A stretch of 64,000 nt of DNA from contig OZ286465.1 of NCBI GenBank assembly GCA_965644265.1, positions 108,128,001-108,192,000 of the forward strand, in the 5' to 3' direction. How positions within the stretch are numbered: the first letter of the stretch is position 1; the number at the start of each line of letters is the position of its first letter. The DNA comes from Glycera tridactyla (Eukaryota). Made by a program: the position numbers and the translations under genes. Shown here piece by piece: positions 62,981 through 64,000 of this stretch. The notes under the pieces were generated by a model. The model was not told where the DNA came from, ran no database searches, and saw only the letters and a program-made list of their open reading frames with translations.

Positions 62981-64000
62981 TGAATTGAAAGTTGTATGTG
63001 TTTAGACATGTATGTCCGAAAAAATGGAGGTTTTGTGTCCAGGATTCTGATGAGTTTATTTCATGTCTTCAATAGCCTATTCACTGCATGATAGGCCTGT
63101 CAGATTGTCAGATTGAACCTTTCTGAAGGAACCACAGGCACCCATATTCTCTCTCAAATGATTCTTACTGTCTATATATGTCCATGCACATGATGCTGGA
63201 GGCAGATCAGGATGCTGAGAATTCTATTTCACTGTCTTTTCCGACAGTTTGGGTCAACATTTCAGATTTTCAATGCTTGAAACCCTACAAATCTTCAAAA
63301 TGATATTTCTATCATATTCCTCATACCTGAAAACATAGATCTGGACATCAGAATCATTTTGCTAACATCATCATTCCTTGAGATATACTGTAAAGACTAA
63401 TTCCCTAAACCCTGGCAGCCATCATGGTGGCCATCTTGGATTTCTTTGAATGCTTCAAGGTGAGATGTTCACACCAACTTGATCCTGAACCTGTGTACTC
63501 TAGAGATGAAGAAAGTGCAATAAAATGGTTTCCCCAAAATTTTGTTGGGTGCAGCCCCAAAATGCCATCTGGCTGCAAAACTATGCATCAAACAGTACAC
63601 AAACAACCATTCACTCTACAAGTATATTCCAAATCAATGAAACAATGTCAGAAATGGATTCTGTGACCCCAGAAACCTGCAAAAAGAGGTATTACACTTC
63701 ATTCTATGTCAATCCAGCCAAAAGTTAGATTTTCAAGATGGCCATCGGCGGCCATTTTGGATTCATGCAAATTAGCAAAATTGCTCAAGTTTGTGGTTTG
63801 GACAACCAAGCTATATTTGCTTGGGGACCCCATGGGAGTACACATCCATCAAAAACCTTCAGGGTAGGGAACATTTCTAGGTTGGCTATTGTAAGTATAG
63901 GACTGATCAATCGACTAATGATATTCTGAGCTCGAACAGTATCGCAAAGGTTCCATTGTATCTGCATAAATGTTTTGTCTTGCAAATTGTGCATTCTTTG

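Larger units (their letters stand above)
59330..64000. mobile_element. Long-TIR foldback element; right arm runs off the window
   Basis: About 59765-60470 and 61281-61420 are reverse complements of about 63200-64000 and 62985-63100. Confidence 0.85.

Noticed and set aside
1-64000. TnpB/Fanzor, Cas, rRNA or tRNA genes
   Set aside because: No RuvC/zinc-finger motifs or RNA-gene signatures recognised in the ORF track or sequence; a dedicated scan was not possible.

Overview
Eukaryotic (marine-invertebrate-like bilaterian; species not determinable) genomic window, mostly decayed and nested transposable elements, with one assembly gap (25671-25800). The only host gene I can reconstruct is an intact six-exon TIMM17 (mitochondrial inner-membrane translocase, 178 aa) on the minus strand at 19951-24474. 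Around it lie fragments of RNase H-bearing I/Nimb-type LINEs, CR1/L2-type and RTE-X-type LINEs, a Gypsy/Ty3 LTR element, two Ngaro/DIRS-type tyrosine-recombinase retroelements, a THAP-DDE (ISL2EU/Harbinger-like) transposase, a Helitron Rep remnant, Crypton-like palindromic elements, several MITE families, a long-TIR foldback element and mini/microsatellites. The most notable unexplained patterns are: (i) five copies of a 17-bp hairpin motif with unique spacers just downstream of an Ngaro tyrosine recombinase; (ii) an autonomous I/Nimb LINE and two fixed-length SINE-like families with no visible Pol III head, all ending in hairpin-CGTTAAAC-microsatellite; (iii) a snap-back inverted duplication of the LINE 3' UTR. 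No bacterial-type system (CRISPR-Cas, TnpB/Fanzor) is visible. All homology calls come from motif recognition by eye, not database searches; boundaries of decayed elements are approximate.
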